A stretch of 64,000 bases of DNA from Malacoraja senta (GCA_038087875.1 CM075991.1:2666001-2730000), one strand, 5' to 3'. Counted from the stretch's first letter, positions 38,164 through 53,080 are shown. The notes: generated by a model not told the origin, from the sequence alone. Made by a program: numbers and translations.

Positions 38164-41100
38164 TTACAGCTCTTGCAGCGACAGTGATGCGGGTTCAACC
38201 CTGACTACGGGTGCTGTCTGTACGGAGTTTGTACGTGACCTTGAGTGGGTTTTCTCCGAGATCTTCGGTTTCCTCTCACACTCCAAACACGTACAGGTTT
38301 GTAGGTTGTGTGGGAAGAAACTGCAGATGCCGGTTTAAACCAAAGATAGACACAAAAGGCTGGAGTAACTCAACGGGACAGGCAGCATTTCTGGAGAGAA
38401 GGAATGGGTGACGTTTCCGTCTGAAGAAGGGTCTCAATCTGAAACGTCACCCATTCCTTCTCCCCAGAGATGCTGCCCGTCCCACTGACTTTCTCCAGCT
38501 TTTTGTGTCTGTCTCAGGTTTGTAGGTTAATTGCCTCGGGTTTGTGTACTTGGTATAAGTGTAAATTGTCCCTGGTATGTTATAGTGTTAATGTGCGGGG
38601 ATCGCTGGTGAGCAGGGACACGATGGGCAGAAACAATTCTAAACACTCTAGTAATACAAAAGGTGGTCTATGTTCTGTTGTTGATGTGGGATTGGAGTTG
38701 TGCAGGTTGGTTGAAGAAACTGATAGTGTGTGCAGCTATCACTACGAATGACTAGTTATTATTTTAAACTGAAATTAAATTCCACCGTTACCATGACTGC
38801 TACTGAACTTGGGCTGAAGGGACTGTTCCCTTGCTGTATAACTCGACATCTTTGTTATCTGGACTGTATATCCAGGTCTCTGCATTACTGGTCTGGATGT
38901 TTTATCACAGTGATAGGAATACTTGCCGATTATGATATTATTCACAAGATTCTGAAGTGTATCAACTGACAAAGATTATTAAATAATAAATTATATTTAA
39001 TTATTAAATTATAAATCTCCATTTCCTGAGTTCTGAGATACACTGGCAATATGAGATGATATAAAATAATTCCTTCAGTTCTCATTAAAATTCTAGAGAA
39101 ATATCTGAGTTAGCACTATGTTTAAGAAAGAACTGCAGATGCTGGAAAAATCGAAGGTAGACAAAAATGCTGGAGAAACTCAGGTGAGGCAGCATCTATG
39201 GAGTGAAGGAATAGGTGACGTTTCGGGTCGAGACCCTTCTTCAGACTGATGTGAGCACTATGGTTGATTTTTGTCTATAGCTCGTGTACACCAGACGTTA
39301 TGACAACAACATGAAGGATAGAAGGCAGAGTTGTACAGTGCAGTTTAGCTCGTCTCAGTTTCTAAGATCAGCTTCAATTGTTTAGTTTAGAGATACAGAG
39401 ATACGGAAACAGGCCCTTCGGCCCACTGAGTCCGCACCGACCAGCGATCCCCACACAGTAGGGAAATTTACATTTATACCAAGCCAATTCACCTACAAAC
39501 CTGTACGTCTTTGGAGTGTTGGGAGAAACTCATGTGGTCACGGGGAGAACATACAAACTTCGTGCCGACAGCACCCATAGTCAGGTTCGAACCCAGGTCT
39601 CCGGTGTTGCAAGTGCTGTCAGGCAGCAACTCTACCACTGAGCCACCATGTTGCCCAATTGTCAATCAAACATCTTTCTTAGGTTAGTTGACTTGGTGTG
39701 TGTGTAAATTGTCCATAGTGTGTGTAGGGTAGTGTAAATGTATGGGGTAGACAAAAATGCTGGAGAAACTCAGCGGGTGAGGCAGCATCTATAGATGATG
39801 TCTCACCCACTGAGTTTCTCCAGCATTTTTGTCTACCTTCGATTTTTCCAGCATCAGCAGCTCTTTCTTAAATGTAAATGTATGGGGATCGCTGGCCGGC
39901 ACAGATTCGGTGGATCGAAAGGCCTGTTTCCACGCTGTATCTCTAAATACTTTAAAATACAAAACAAAATTCAGGTGTGCCACAGACATCAACATCATTT
40001 AATGCTCCCTTCAGTGTTCAGGCTGTCTGTTTCTGAGAGCAGTCGTCTCCTTTTAGTTCCACGGGGAAACAGGATTTGAGTTAGCAACCAGCCTTGTGTA
40101 GCAACTGTTCTGAAGATGGACAAAATTAGCAGGATGCCAAAATGACATTCGGTTCATTTCATATGTTGTTCAAATCCCAATGGGAATAAAACACACACAA
40201 CAAATAAGATATGACATTTGCTCCTGTTAATGCTCCTTTGTTTTCTTTTGCACAAATGAAGAATATATCAAGTGAAGACACAAAGTGCTGGAGTAACTCG
40301 GTGGGTCAGGCAGTGTCTCTGGGGAACATAGATGGGTGACGTTTTGGGTCACGACCCTTGTAAACCCTTGTAGCTCCTTGTTTTTACAAAGCATCAAGCA
40401 GTCGAGCTAATTGTCTATCTCAATGTAAATAATTATTCTGTGGTGTCCTATTACTCAATTTCCATTTTATGTCTGTGTTCTAATTATTAAAATACGTCAT
40501 CACGGGGATAATAACATAAAGTTCAAGAGTCTGGTGTGGTTTCTAGAAACGCTTCAGCTCAGACGACATTTTTTTACATAAACTTGTAACAAAAAGACAG
40601 TAGAGACATTATTCAAAGATAGACACAAAGTGCTGGAGTGCAGGCAGCATCTCTGGAGAGAAGGAATGGGTGACGTTTCGGGTTGAGACCCTTCTTCAGA
40701 CCCTGTCTCGACTCGAAACGTCACCCATTCCTTCTCTCCAGAGATGCTGCCTGTCCCGCTGAATTACTCCAGCATTTTGTGTCTATCTTCGGTTTAAACC
40801 AGCATCTGCAGTTCCTCCCTACACGTACGGTCATTATCTGCCCACTGTATCCAGTGAAAAGAAATCATATGGGTTAAAATGAAGGAAGGGAGGAGAGTTG
40901 GCTCTGATGTGTAATCTGGTTGTTGGACTGGTGTAGCTGTGATGGAGGTCTGTCTCTGTGGCTACAGATGATGTGTACGACTTTACGTCATCATTGGGGA
41001 ATTGAAAGAAAAATAACTCCTGATCCAAAATAAAGTGAGTGTATGAATAGCCAAATATCTTGGAACAATCACGTAACCACGAACTATAATGTCACTGTGG

Positions 41101-42859
41101 CATGGATACGGAGATCGGTAACTGGTGCTCCATTCTAAGTTTAATGCCATAAAGAGTTATGGAACATAGAATAAAGTAGCACAGTAACAGGCTCTTGGAC
41201 CCACAATGTCTGTGCGGCACGGTGGCACAGCGGTAGAGTTGCTGCTTTGCAGCGCTTACAGCGCCAGAGACCCAGGTTCAATCCCGACTACAGGTGCTGT
41301 CTGTACGGAGTTTGTACGTTCTCCCCGTTAGCGTGTGGGTTTTCTCCGAGATCTTGGGTTTCCCCTACACTCCAAAGACGTACAGGTTTGTAGGTTAATT
41401 GGCTAGGTATAAATGTAAATCGCCCCTTGTGCATGTAGGGTAGTGGTCTCGGTGGGCCGAAGGGCCTGTTTCCACGCTGTATCTCTAAACTGAATATGAC
41501 GTTCGATGATCCATTCCCTGCACTTCCATGTACCTATCCAAAAGTCTCTTATACGCCACTATCATATCCGACTGCACCATCACTGGCAGCACATTCCAGG
41601 TACTCACCCCTCTTTGTGTGAAATAAACTTGTCTACATATCTCCTTTAAATGTTGTCCGTCTCATCTTAAAGCTATGTCTTTTAGTATTTTGCTAGACCA
41701 AGTGGGACCCGTTGGGTCCCGTTTCCCCAAGGCAATATTCCACCACTGACCCATAGCCCCCAACTGTGCAGGCCTTAAGATAGACACAAAGTGTTGGAGT
41801 AACTCAGCGTGACAGGAGAGAAGGAATGGGTGACGTTTTGGGTACAGACCCTTCTTCAGCACTTTGGTATAAACCAGCATCTGCAGTTCTTTCCCACACG
41901 AAGGATCAGAGACAGCATGTTCAGGAGAGAATTTATGAAATATTTCTTTGTGGAAAGGGTGGCATAAATATGGAGCTCTGGGTCGGAGATGATTGATGTT
42001 TCCAGTTCTAATTGTTATTCATTAATTTATTTTTGAAAACCCATCAGGTGAGGATTGAATCAGGCCAGGTTTTGTTTTGCATTCATTTAGCTGCCATTGT
42101 TCACCCCAAGACTTGAGATTAAATCCTGCTACTCTCTTGCCCAGAGTAGGTGAATTGAGGACCAGTGGACATAGGTTTAAGGTGAAGGGGAGAAGATTTA
42201 ATAGGAATCTGAGGGGTAACTTTTTCACACAAAGGGTGGTGGGTGTATGGAGGTAGTTGAGGCAGGGACTATCCCAACATTTAAGAAACAGTTAGATAGG
42301 TACATGGATACAACAGGACCAAACAAAGGCCAGTATGGGCAAGTTGGGCCGAAGGGCCTGTTTCCACATTGTATCACTCTATGACTATAACACAAACTGC
42401 AAATAATCCGTGCTTCAGAAGTGGATAAAAATAGAAAGGTGTAGTGAGACCAAGTGGGCCGAGTAAATGGTTTTATTGACAATACGTTACTTGAATTACA
42501 CGAACATTTCGTCGCGTTTTTTTAAGCTCTTGTCGTTGCGAAGAGCACTAGCTACTGAACAAACTTACTAACTCTAAAAATCCCGCGAAAAACCCTGTCA
42601 CGTGACAGTCCCGACTTCTGACGAGGGTTCTGCATGCACAGCTTAACCACTAGGTGCCGCTACAGAGTGAAGGTTTACAGGTATTCTGGGCCAAGTACTG
42701 GATACGTGGAATACAGGGGTGAAGGGGTATGGACTGAAGACTTTGAACCAAGAGTTTGGACAATTCATGTAGCCACACAAACCACTGCACTGAAAGTTCA
42801 GAAGATCAGGGGTGTCTGAAAAGAGCGGCTGAACTGACATCTTGTTTTATGCTTTGCAG

Positions 42860-42922
42860 CAAAACCTAAAAAGGTACCAGAAGAACAAGAGCCAGAAGAA
42901 TATTGGCCACCATTACGAAAAG
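42860..42922 (+). CDS. AEBP1: AEBP1-like exon 10 (63 nt, SKPKKVPEEQEPEEYWPPLRK)
   Basis: Acceptor ttttatgctttgcag, donor G|GTGAGT. The EE-W-P motif just before CPP resembles mammalian AEBP1 (EEEWTPTEKVKCPP, from memory). Confidence 0.85.
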
Positions 42923-43260
42923 GTGAGTTGAATTCTTGAGACCATAATTGGAAGTACTTTGCTGATTATTTCTAAGCAGGCCGATGTACCATCTAACATT
43001 GTCCTCTTTTCAGTTTACCAATACGTTGAATATCAGCAACAGTTCTCTCAAAGGTCTGAGCACTTCTTGCTCCTCTTGAAAATGGGACTGATCGACTGAT
43101 TGATTGAAAGATATGGCATGGAAATAGGCCCTTCGGCCCATTGATCATTCGTTCACACTAGTTCTATGTTATCCATCTTTCTCATCCACTCCCTACACAT
43201 TGGGGGCAAATTTTACAGAGGTGAATCAACATACAATTACACGTGTCTTTGGGATGTGGG

Positions 43261-43663
43261 CAGGGCCGGATTTAGATGAAGAGAGGCCCTAGGCTGTTCC
43301 ACTTGTGAGGCCCCTCCCAATCCCCCACCCCCACGACTAGAGGAAGATGGTCCACCAGATTGACACCGATTTGCAGCCGAGTGTGGCCAATGAGATAAGG
43401 GGCGGGAAAGCTGCGCTTTTTATTTATTTATTTATTTATTGCTAGTGCTAGTGTCGAGTTATCGGCTTAAAACACTATTATTCTGAAATGGAGGGCAAGG
43501 AAAATTACTGAAGGGTTGTTTAGAGACTACAGCGCGTTGTGACAGCATATGTAAGAAAGGACTATGACAGTGTCAAAAATATTATGCACGTTTGGCCGGA
43601 GCCCCCCTAGATTTCGAGGCCCTAGGCTTCCGCCTACGTAGCCTAATGGTAAATCCGGCTCTG
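43261..43663. mobile_element. hAT-type MITE inside a SINE
   Basis: TIRs CAGGGCCGGATTTA/TAAATCCGGCTCTG, perfect 8-bp TSD gatgtggg. Confidence 0.92.
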
Positions 43664-44746
43664 GATGTGGGAGGAAGCTGGAGAACCTGGAAAGAACCAC
43701 ATGGACACAAGGAGAACGTGCAGACTCCACATAGACAGTACCCGAGGTCTGGATCAAACCCGGGTCACTTGCAATGTGAGGCCACAGCTCCACCATCTCT
43801 TCGTATCCAAGAGGAACATAGGAATAGGATGGGTCCCTAGCAACTTAGACATGTGTGCATCAGCCTTGAACCATTGGACAGTGCCATTCTACAGTGTACT
43901 CCAGCACAATACTTGTTACCAACTCTTCCCTCCTCCCTAACCATTGCCTCAGATGGCTAAATAGACGTTACACACATTATCAGATTGTGACATCGGTTTA
44001 GGATGAACTGGAAATGGTTTACTCCTGGGACTACAATGATCTACTCTATTAATCTCACGTTGCGTGACTGATGTTTGTGGCTTTGGCTGGAATTATCAGA
44101 CAATGCAAATGTTTCCAGAGTTACAAAATTCCAGATGACGGGCTGTGTGGTGTGATGATGCGTTTAGTTTATGGTCAGCGTCCCATGAGGGAGATTTCTC
44201 AGCTTTTATTGGTGTGCATCTGCATCAACTTCGGTAGAATTCTTCATCATTGCTGTGCTGTGCAGTAAATGAGTAATTCTACTGACGTTGGTGTATTCTT
44301 TTAGTTTATGAACTGTCCCATAACATTCATGTGGCCAGGCGGCATTATATTGTAGGGAGTGGCAAAACATTACGCGACAGACTTTTCCCCAACTCTTTCC
44401 ATGAAGTATTTCCATCCCATTAGGAGGGGGGGGGGAGAGAGGGAGAGAGAGAGGAGGAGAAAGAAGAGAGGGGGGGGGGGAGGGGGAGAGAGAGAGAATT
44501 GGAAATTATCTGCCTCATGCATTTTGTTCAGGATTGCCTCATTGTACCACTCGACCCGACACGCCACCCATTCCTTCTCTCCAGAGATGCTGCTTGACCC
44601 GCTGAGTTACTCCAGCATTTTGTGTCTACCATTGTAAAGTACTGGTTGGTGTCATGGGGGGCAGGGGCTGCAAGTCAGACCTATTGGGATGGCTTCTACC
44701 ACAACGTGACACTGTGGCACAGCAGCCATGTGGTTGGCGACTGTAA

Positions 44747-45072
44747 TGGGCCTGTCCCACTTATGCGACTTTTTCAGCGACTTCCGGCACCCGTCATAGG
44801 TCGTTGCAGGTCGCCGAAAATTTTCAACATGTTGAAAATCCAGCAGTGACCAGAAAGATGCTACGACTCTTTGGGCGACTACTCATGACCATAAAGGCAA
44901 CACCCTGGCGACATGTAACCTGTATGGTCGTGAGTAGTCACCCAAAGAGTCGTACCTTGTTCTGGTCACCGCTGGATTTTCAACACGTTGAAAATTTTCG
45001 GCGACCTGCAACGACCTATGTATGACAGGTGCTGGCAGTCGCCGAAAAAGTCGTGTAAGTGGGACAAGCCCT
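44747..45072. mobile_element. PIF/Harbinger-type MITE
   Basis: TIRs GGGCCTGTCCCACTTA/TAAGTGGGACAAGCCC; near-complete palindrome; flanks TAA/TTA. Confidence 0.85.
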
Positions 45073-45925
45073 TTACAGGCATTTCAATGGAGAAGCCCTA
45101 AGTGTCAACAGCATATATATTTTATACTGCAGACGGATGAAGCTTCCAACCCAGTCAAAGGAAGACCAGCAATGAGGAACAAAAGCGAGTAGCTAAAGAG
45201 TTGTTCAGTGGCCAGTTGTCAGATTCCTCTGAAGTCAAAACTCAATGGGGAAGGGTTGGAATGTATCATTGGATAAGTACCAATCACAACTGTGAACATG
45301 GTGGTGGGTTGAGAGAATCCTCCTAATTATATCAACCATGCCAATCTATTTCTGTTGCCAGTAATTACTCTCTGCATCTCAGTACCAAACTACTCATTTC
45401 AAAAAGCGGATGTTATTGTTCAGCCAACTATTTTCAATGGGCAGAATATCTCAGTGTCTGTGCTCAGGAGACAAGTGTCAGATGTGCTCTTAGCGTAGAG
45501 TATTTATCATCATTATCAGGTAGTGAGGTAGCACTAACGTTGGGCTAACGTTGGGCCAAGTTGGCTCAAAAGCCAACACTTGTAACCCGTGCCTTTGTGA
45601 GGCTTGGGATTCGCTGAGTACTCCCAAGCAGAGACGTTGAAGTCCTGTATTTCCACACACTTTGCTGTTGTTCAGGTCCACTGTTGTGGATGTCGTAGCC
45701 ACAATTATTTTGCTGTTTACAATAGTTACACAGAGAAATGATAGAAGGCAAAGAGGTAAGATTTAGCTCATTTACATTTGCCTTTATTAACTGGGTCATG
45801 GAATGAGAACATCTCTGCCAATGTCAGGGATTACAGGCCATGCCTAACTGCTGCTGAATTGGAACGACCGTCAGAGTTGGTGGGTCTGCAGTTACTAGGC
45901 CCATCATAGAACAATCACAGAATAT

Positions 45926-46233
45926 GGGCAGCACGGTGGCGCGTCGGTAGAGTGCTTACTTACAGCGCCAGAGATCCCGGTTCGATCCTCACTACGCTTG
46001 CTGTCTGTACGGAGTTTGTACGGTCTCCCTGTGACCTGCGTCGGTTTTCTCCGAGATCTTCGGTTTCCTCCCACACTCCAAAGACGTACAGGTTTGTCGG
46101 CTAATTGGCTTGGTATAAATGTAAATTATTCCTAGTGTGTGTAGGATGGTGTTAATGTGCGAGAATCACTGGTCAGTGCGGACACGGTGGGCTGAAGAGC
46201 CTGTTTCCACGCTGTATATTTAAACTAAACTAA
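45926..46233 (+). mobile_element. Full-length tRNA-derived SINE
   Basis: A-box-like ggtggcgcgtcggtag, B box ggttcgatcc, (AAACT)n tail. Confidence 0.88.
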
Positions 46234-46802
46234 CCAGGAACAGGCCCTTCGGCCCATAATGTCTGTGCTCAATATGATGCCAACTAGCTAAGAACAAGAG
46301 AATTCCTTACCTGAAGAACTTTAATGAACCGGATGGGATTTTTTGGAGATTTCTTGTGCGTTAAGACTAGCTATTCAAATTCGGATTTTATTGAATTACT
46401 TAAATTTAAATTCTCCAGCAACCTTGGTTGGATTTTAAATCATGTCTCGGGATCTATGGCCTAGATCTGTGGTTCCTGCATCAGTTCCTATAGCATTCAC
46501 TGAGTTACATTCACATTTTTCTTGGTGTTCTCTCAGGGTTTGTAAGATTGTGGCTTCCAGGTCTTGTCTGCTTTTGTCCAGAAACACTGCTGTGATATTG
46601 CTCTCTCCCTAAGTCAATATTTATCGAGGTTTTGGAAGCTGCAATGTTGTTGCTGGCTTTAAATCATCCTTGCAATTGATCTGCCTCCTCCCCCAACTCT
46701 AATCCCAAGTCAGAGCTAAATTAATACAGTACAGATGTGGCCACATGACGTGCCTGCATGTGTTACTGTGCATGTTAACTCTGCTGCTGCTGTGGACCTT
46801 TA

Positions 46803-47276
46803 AGGGCCTGTCCCACTTTGCCATTTTTTCGGCGACTGCGAACATCAGTGACTGACGCCCTAAAAACCGTCAATTGTACGACACTCTGCGTCACCGTCAC
46901 GTCAAGCTACGACACTATCACCCGCCTTCACAACACAAGAAGGTTACACCGAAGTATAAGAATCACATTGGAAATGAACTTATCTAATGAACAATAAATC
47001 TAAGGACCAATACATTTTTAATGGATAAGTCGGCACTTTATATACCCGCGTCACCGGCCGTCACCCGCGGGACAGCGTACGTCAGTGTGTGACAGGGCGC
47101 ACAACATGAAAAGACACCCAGATGTCACCTGAAGATTTTGAACTTTCCAAAATCCAGGGACGACAGGGAGACACCGTGTGTCACTACATGCGTCACCCCG
47201 CGTCACGCCCCGACCACGCCACGACATCCTCTTTTCAGGCTGTCGCTGAAAATGTCAGACAAGCGGGACAGGCCCT
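46803..47276. mobile_element. PIF/Harbinger-type MITE
   Basis: TIRs AGGGCCTGTCCCAC/GCGGGACAGGCCCT, TTA TSD. Confidence 0.85.
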
Positions 47277-48011
47277 TTACTGTTGCAGTGAAACTTACTA
47301 ATTACAACACAAAGGAAGGCCATTTGGCCCGATCGACCCATGGTGTCTGCCACCAATTGCTCTCCGCAGTCCCAAACACTAACTTCCTGTACCCTTCTGA
47401 CTTACACTCTCTGACAAACAGAAAATACAAAGTGCTGGAGTAACTCAGCGGGTCAGGCAGCATCTCTGGAGGAGTTGAATGGATGATATTTTGGGTCGGG
47501 ACCCTCCTTCAGACACACACCCTTTCAATTTCCCTTTGATCATTTTGCCATTTGCCGACACAGAGAAGTATATTATAGTGGCCAGTTAACCAACTTGCTC
47601 ATCTAGGGGTGGTGCAGCAGTGGAGTTGCTGCCTTACAACATCAGAGACCCAGGTTCGATCCTGACTAAGGGGCTGTTTGCACAGAATTTGTACATTCAT
47701 CTTGGGCTTTCTCCGGGTGTTCCGGTTTCCGCCCACACTCAAAAGACGTACAGGTTTGAAGATTAATTGGCCGCTGTAAGTTGTAAATTGTCCCCAGTGT
47801 GTTGGATAGTGCTAGTGCACGGGATATTTGGTGGTTGGCACAGGCTCGGCGGGCCAAAGGGCCTGTTTCTGCTCTGTATCTCTAAAGTCTAAAGGAAATC
47901 TTTGGGATGTGGGAGGGAACCAGAGCACCCAGTGGAAATCCATGTGGTCATGAGGGGGAAGATGCAAACTCCACACAGACAGCACCGAGGTCAGGGCCAA
48001 ACTAGGGTCTC

Positions 48012-49078
48012 TGAACGGGTCCTTTTCACAATGGCAGGCAGTGACTAGTGGGGTACCACAAGGCTCAGTGCTGGGACCCCAGCTATTTACAATTTATATT
48101 AATGATCTGGACGAGGGAATTGAAAGCAACATCTCCAAGTTTGCGGATGACACTAAGCTGGGGGGCAGTGTTAGCTGTGAGGAGGATGCTAGGAGACTGC
48201 AAGGTGACTTGGATAGGCTGGGTGAGTGGGCAAATGTTTGGCAGATGCAGTATAATGTGGATAAGTGTGAGGTTATCCACTTTGGTAGCAAAAACGGGAA
48301 GGCAGACTATTATCTAAATGGTGGCCGATTAGGAAATGGGGAGATGCAGCGAGACCTGGGTGTCATGGTACACCAGTCATTGAAAGTAGGCATGCAGGTG
48401 CAGCAGGCAGTGAAGAAAGCGAATGGTATGTTGGCCTTCATAGCAAGAGGATTTGAGTATAGGAGCAGTGAGGTTCTACTGCAGTTGTACAGGGTCTTGG
48501 TGAGACCACACCTGGAGTATTGCGTACAGTTTTGGTCTCCAAATCTGAGGAAGGACATTATAGCCATAGAGGGAGTGCAGAGAAGGTTCACCAGACTGAT
48601 TCCTGGGATGTCAGGACTTTCATATGAAGAAAGACTGGATAGACTTGGCTTATACTCACTAGAATTTAGGAGATTGAGAGGGGATCTTATAGAAACGTAC
48701 AAGATTCTTATGGGGTTGGACAGGCTAGATGCAGGAAGATTGTTCCCGATGTTGGGGAAGTCCAGGACAAGGGGTCACAGCTTAAGGATAAGGGGAAAAT
48801 CCTTTAAGACCGAGATGAGGAAAAACTTTTTCACACAGAGAGTGGTGAATCTCTGGAACTCTCTGCCACAGAGGGTAGTTGAGGCCAGTTCATTGGCTAT
48901 ATTTAAGAGGGAATTAGATGTGGCCCTTGTGGCTAAAGGGATCAGGGGGTATGGAGAGAAGGCAGGTACGGGATACTGAGTTGGATGATCAGCCATGATC
49001 GTATTGAATGGCGGTGCAGGCTCGAAGGGCCGAATGGCCTACTCCTGCACCTAATTTCTATGTATCTATGTATCTATG
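48012..49078 (+). mobile_element. 5'-truncated young CR1 LINE with uninterrupted RT C-terminal ORF (48041-48979)
   Basis: SGVPQGSVLGP, FADD, LVRPHLEYCVQFW, FFTQRVVNLWNSLP; 312 aa without a stop; (CTATGTAT)n tail. Confidence 0.96.
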
Positions 49079-51243
49079 AAGCTGTGAATTCTTTGTTCTC
49101 GGCGGCGGGCCCCACATCGGGACCTTGGCGGCAAGTTCTCAACCGACCGAACGCCGGCACTCATGTAGGTGATGATTCTCCACCAGCCCGCCACTCCTGC
49201 CGACATCCCTCCTCCCTCGCCGACGGCCCTCCATGCTCTCGGTCCCTCCTCGCCCGATGACGGCCCGCACTCATCAACGGCCCCTTCACTCACCAATGGC
49301 CCCCTCACTCACCGACGGCCTTCCCTGCCAGCTCTCTGACGCCCCCTCGCTCGGCCGCGGACCCGTCCTTGTCCCTTGTTCTCGGCGGTCACTGTCTCCG
49401 GCCTTGACCGACTCCGTGCCGGCGGCCGGGCCCGCTCCTGTGCGGCGCTCACCGAGAGCAGTACAAACTACTGAACCATTGTGCCACCCAAATTGAAGTT
49501 AACATCTCTTCAGTGGGCCTTGTGATTTCTGGATGTTGACTCAAGAAGCATGGTGGTAGCAATTGAAAGAGTAAATTGTAACCAGATAGTTCATGTGCAT
49601 TCTGGCTAGACTAATAGACTTAAATGCAGCCACACCATTCAACCATGAAACAGAAAACCTGCTGAAATTAGATCCATATATTCACATTGAGTTTTCATGG
49701 TTTTGACATTTTATGCAGCTGTACATCATCCCTTCCCTGTATTTCATAAGATCATCATTTTACTGAGGGCCGGTTGACCTACAAACCCCCACATCATGTG
49801 GCATGTGGCAGGAAACTGGTGCACTCACAGGAAACTCCCACGGTCACAGGGAGAATGTGCAATCTCCACACAGACAGCACCCGAGGTCAGGATGGAACCC
49901 GGTTCTGTGGCGCTCTGAGGCAACAGCTATCGGAACTCATTCCAGGAATGAGTCTGAAGAAGGGTCTCGACCCAAAGCGTCGCCTATTTCCTTCACTCCA
50001 TAGATGCTGCCTCACCCGCTGAGTTTCTCCAGCATTTTTGTCTACCTTCGATTTTCCAGCATCTGCAGTTCCTTCTTAAACATTCCAGGAATGAGTGGCT
50101 TAGCATATGATGAGTGCTTGACAGCACTGGGCCAATACTCGCTGGAGTTTAGAAGGTTGAGGCGGGGACCTCATTGAAACTTACAGAGTAATGAAAGACC
50201 TGGGTAGAGTGGATATGGAGAGGTTGTTTCCACTGCTGAGAAGAAGAAAGGTCTTGACCCGAAACGTCACCATTCCTTCTATCCGGAGATGCTGTCTGTC
50301 CCACTGAGTTACTCCAGCATTTTATGTCTGTCTTCGGTTTAAACCAGCATCTGCAGTTCCTTCCTACAACATTTATCCAGTTTCTAACCTGCCCTAACTA
50401 GGAAGATGCATTCAGGTATCAGGCTGCCCCAACAGAGCGTGTACATGCGAGTACTAGCCTGGCAGATAATGATAAGCAATAACAGTGCTCCGACAGTGAA
50501 GATCTGTGTCGGTATTCACTTGTTCAGATAAAGCAGGAAGACACAGGAGACTATTCTGTCGCAACATAGAACATAGAATATATAGCACAGCAACAGGCCC
50601 TTTGGCCCACAATGTCTGTGCCAAGCATGATGCCAAGTGAAGCTAATCTCCACATGATCGACATCCCTTCATTCCCTGCATATCCATGTGCATATCTATA
50701 AGTCACTTAAATGCCTGGATCGTATCTGCCTCCACCACCATTCTTCACAGCGCATTCCCGACACCCGCTACTTTGTATAAAGAAATCTTGCCGCGCACAT
50801 CTCATTTAAACTTTGCCTCTCCCACTTTAAAGCTACGCCCTCTAGTTTTTGACATTTCCACGCTGGAAGAAATATCTACCTGATCATTGTGTAGGAAGGA
50901 ACTGCAGATGCTGGTTCAGACTTGAAGGGTCTCGTCCCGAAACGTCACCCATTCCTTCTCTCTCCAGCGATGCTGCCTGTCCCGCTGAGCTACTCCAGCA
51001 CTTTGTGTCCAACTTATCAATGCCCCCCATAATTTCAAAATCTGACATTCTAAAGATAACAAGGCAAGTAAAACCCACTAATCCAAGTAGCATTCTAGTA
51101 AACCTCTTCTGCACCCTTTCCAAAGCCTCCACATCCTTCCTGTAACAGGACCACAAGAAGTGAACACAAAACTCCAAACTTGACTTAGCCTGTAAAGGTG
51201 CAATAGGACTTCCTGACTCTTATATTTGATGCTCCAACCGATG

Positions 51244-52010
51244 AATAATAATAATAATCATATCTTTTATTGTCATTGCACATAGGTACAACAAGATTTG
51301 GTATGCAGCTTCCATCCGATGTCATAACAAACTAATAAAATAACTAATAAAATTTAGATACCCCGAGAAACGTGATTTGTAAAAAAGAACAGTAAAACAG
51401 TCTAAAGTGCAAATAGGTCTGTGCCGGGTCGATGTGCGACGTGACCATCCGAGGGAGACAGTTCATGGGGGGGGCACTCAGCAGGGCTGGTTCAGAGCAG
51501 CTATAGCTCTGGGGATGAAGGTGTTCCTGAGTCTGGAGATGCTGGTGTAGAAGGCCTTATAACGTCTGCCGGAAGGTAGAAGTTCGAACAGACTATTGCA
51601 AGCATGTGAGGAGTCTTTGTGAATGCTGATGGCCTTCCTGAGGCACTGTGTGTAGTAGATGCCCTCCAAGGCTGGTAGCTGTGTCCCAATAATCTTCTGC
51701 GCTCTGTGGACGACGCGCTGAAGAGCTCTCCTCTCCGCCTCCGTGCAGCTGAGATACCACACAGAGATGCCATACATTAGAATGCTCTCTGTGGTGCAGC
51801 GGTAGAAGGTTGTCAGCAGCTTTTGGGGCAGACCAGTCTTTTTCAATGTTCTCAGGAAGAACAGTCGTTGCTGTGCCTTCTTGACCAGCGCAGCAGTGTT
51901 GGTGGACCATGTGAGGTCCTCTGAAATGTGTGTGCCCAGAAACCTAAAGCTGGACACTCTCTCCACACTGTCCCCGTTGATAGAGATTGGGGTGTATTCC
52001 CCATTATGTG
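51244..52010 (-). mobile_element. Rex/Babar-type LINE 3' fragment
   Basis: VERVSSFRFLGTHISEDLTW...KKAQQRLFFLR...FYRCTTESIL...LLPSGRRY; (TTA)n tail at 51244. Confidence 0.88.
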
Positions 52011-52550
52011 GGGAAGGCAAGCGTACCATATACCTTCCTTGCCACTTAGACTTGGAACCCGAGATCCCTCTGTGTGTCAATGCAGTTAAGGGTCTTGCCT
52101 TGAACTGTATTTTTTCCCTTTACATTTGACCTCCTAAAGTGCAGCATCTCACACTTCCCCAGATGGAACGTATGCAGGACTGGGCCCATCATGGAAAAGC
52201 GATCATATCCAGTTTGACAGAGAAGGCAAATGTAGCTGCAGCACAATTTAATGCAAAAAATTAAAAGAATGACTTGTATGTAAGTCAACTCTCCCACAGC
52301 CTACTGTCTCCACCTCTTCCTTTCCTTTTTCTGCACCCCCCACATCAATCTGAAGAAGGGTGTCGACCCGAAACCTCGCCTATTCCTTCGCCTAAACCAA
52401 AGATCTCTATTCTGACCATAAAAGACAATTTTTGAGAATATTTTTTCATGTTTCTAAAGTGCAGGTTTGATCAGCAAGAGATTCATTGAGAGAAATGACT
52501 TCATTCTATAGCGGTGGCGATCCATGCATGAAACATATTCTGTAAAATGA

Positions 52551-53080
<530 letters not shown>

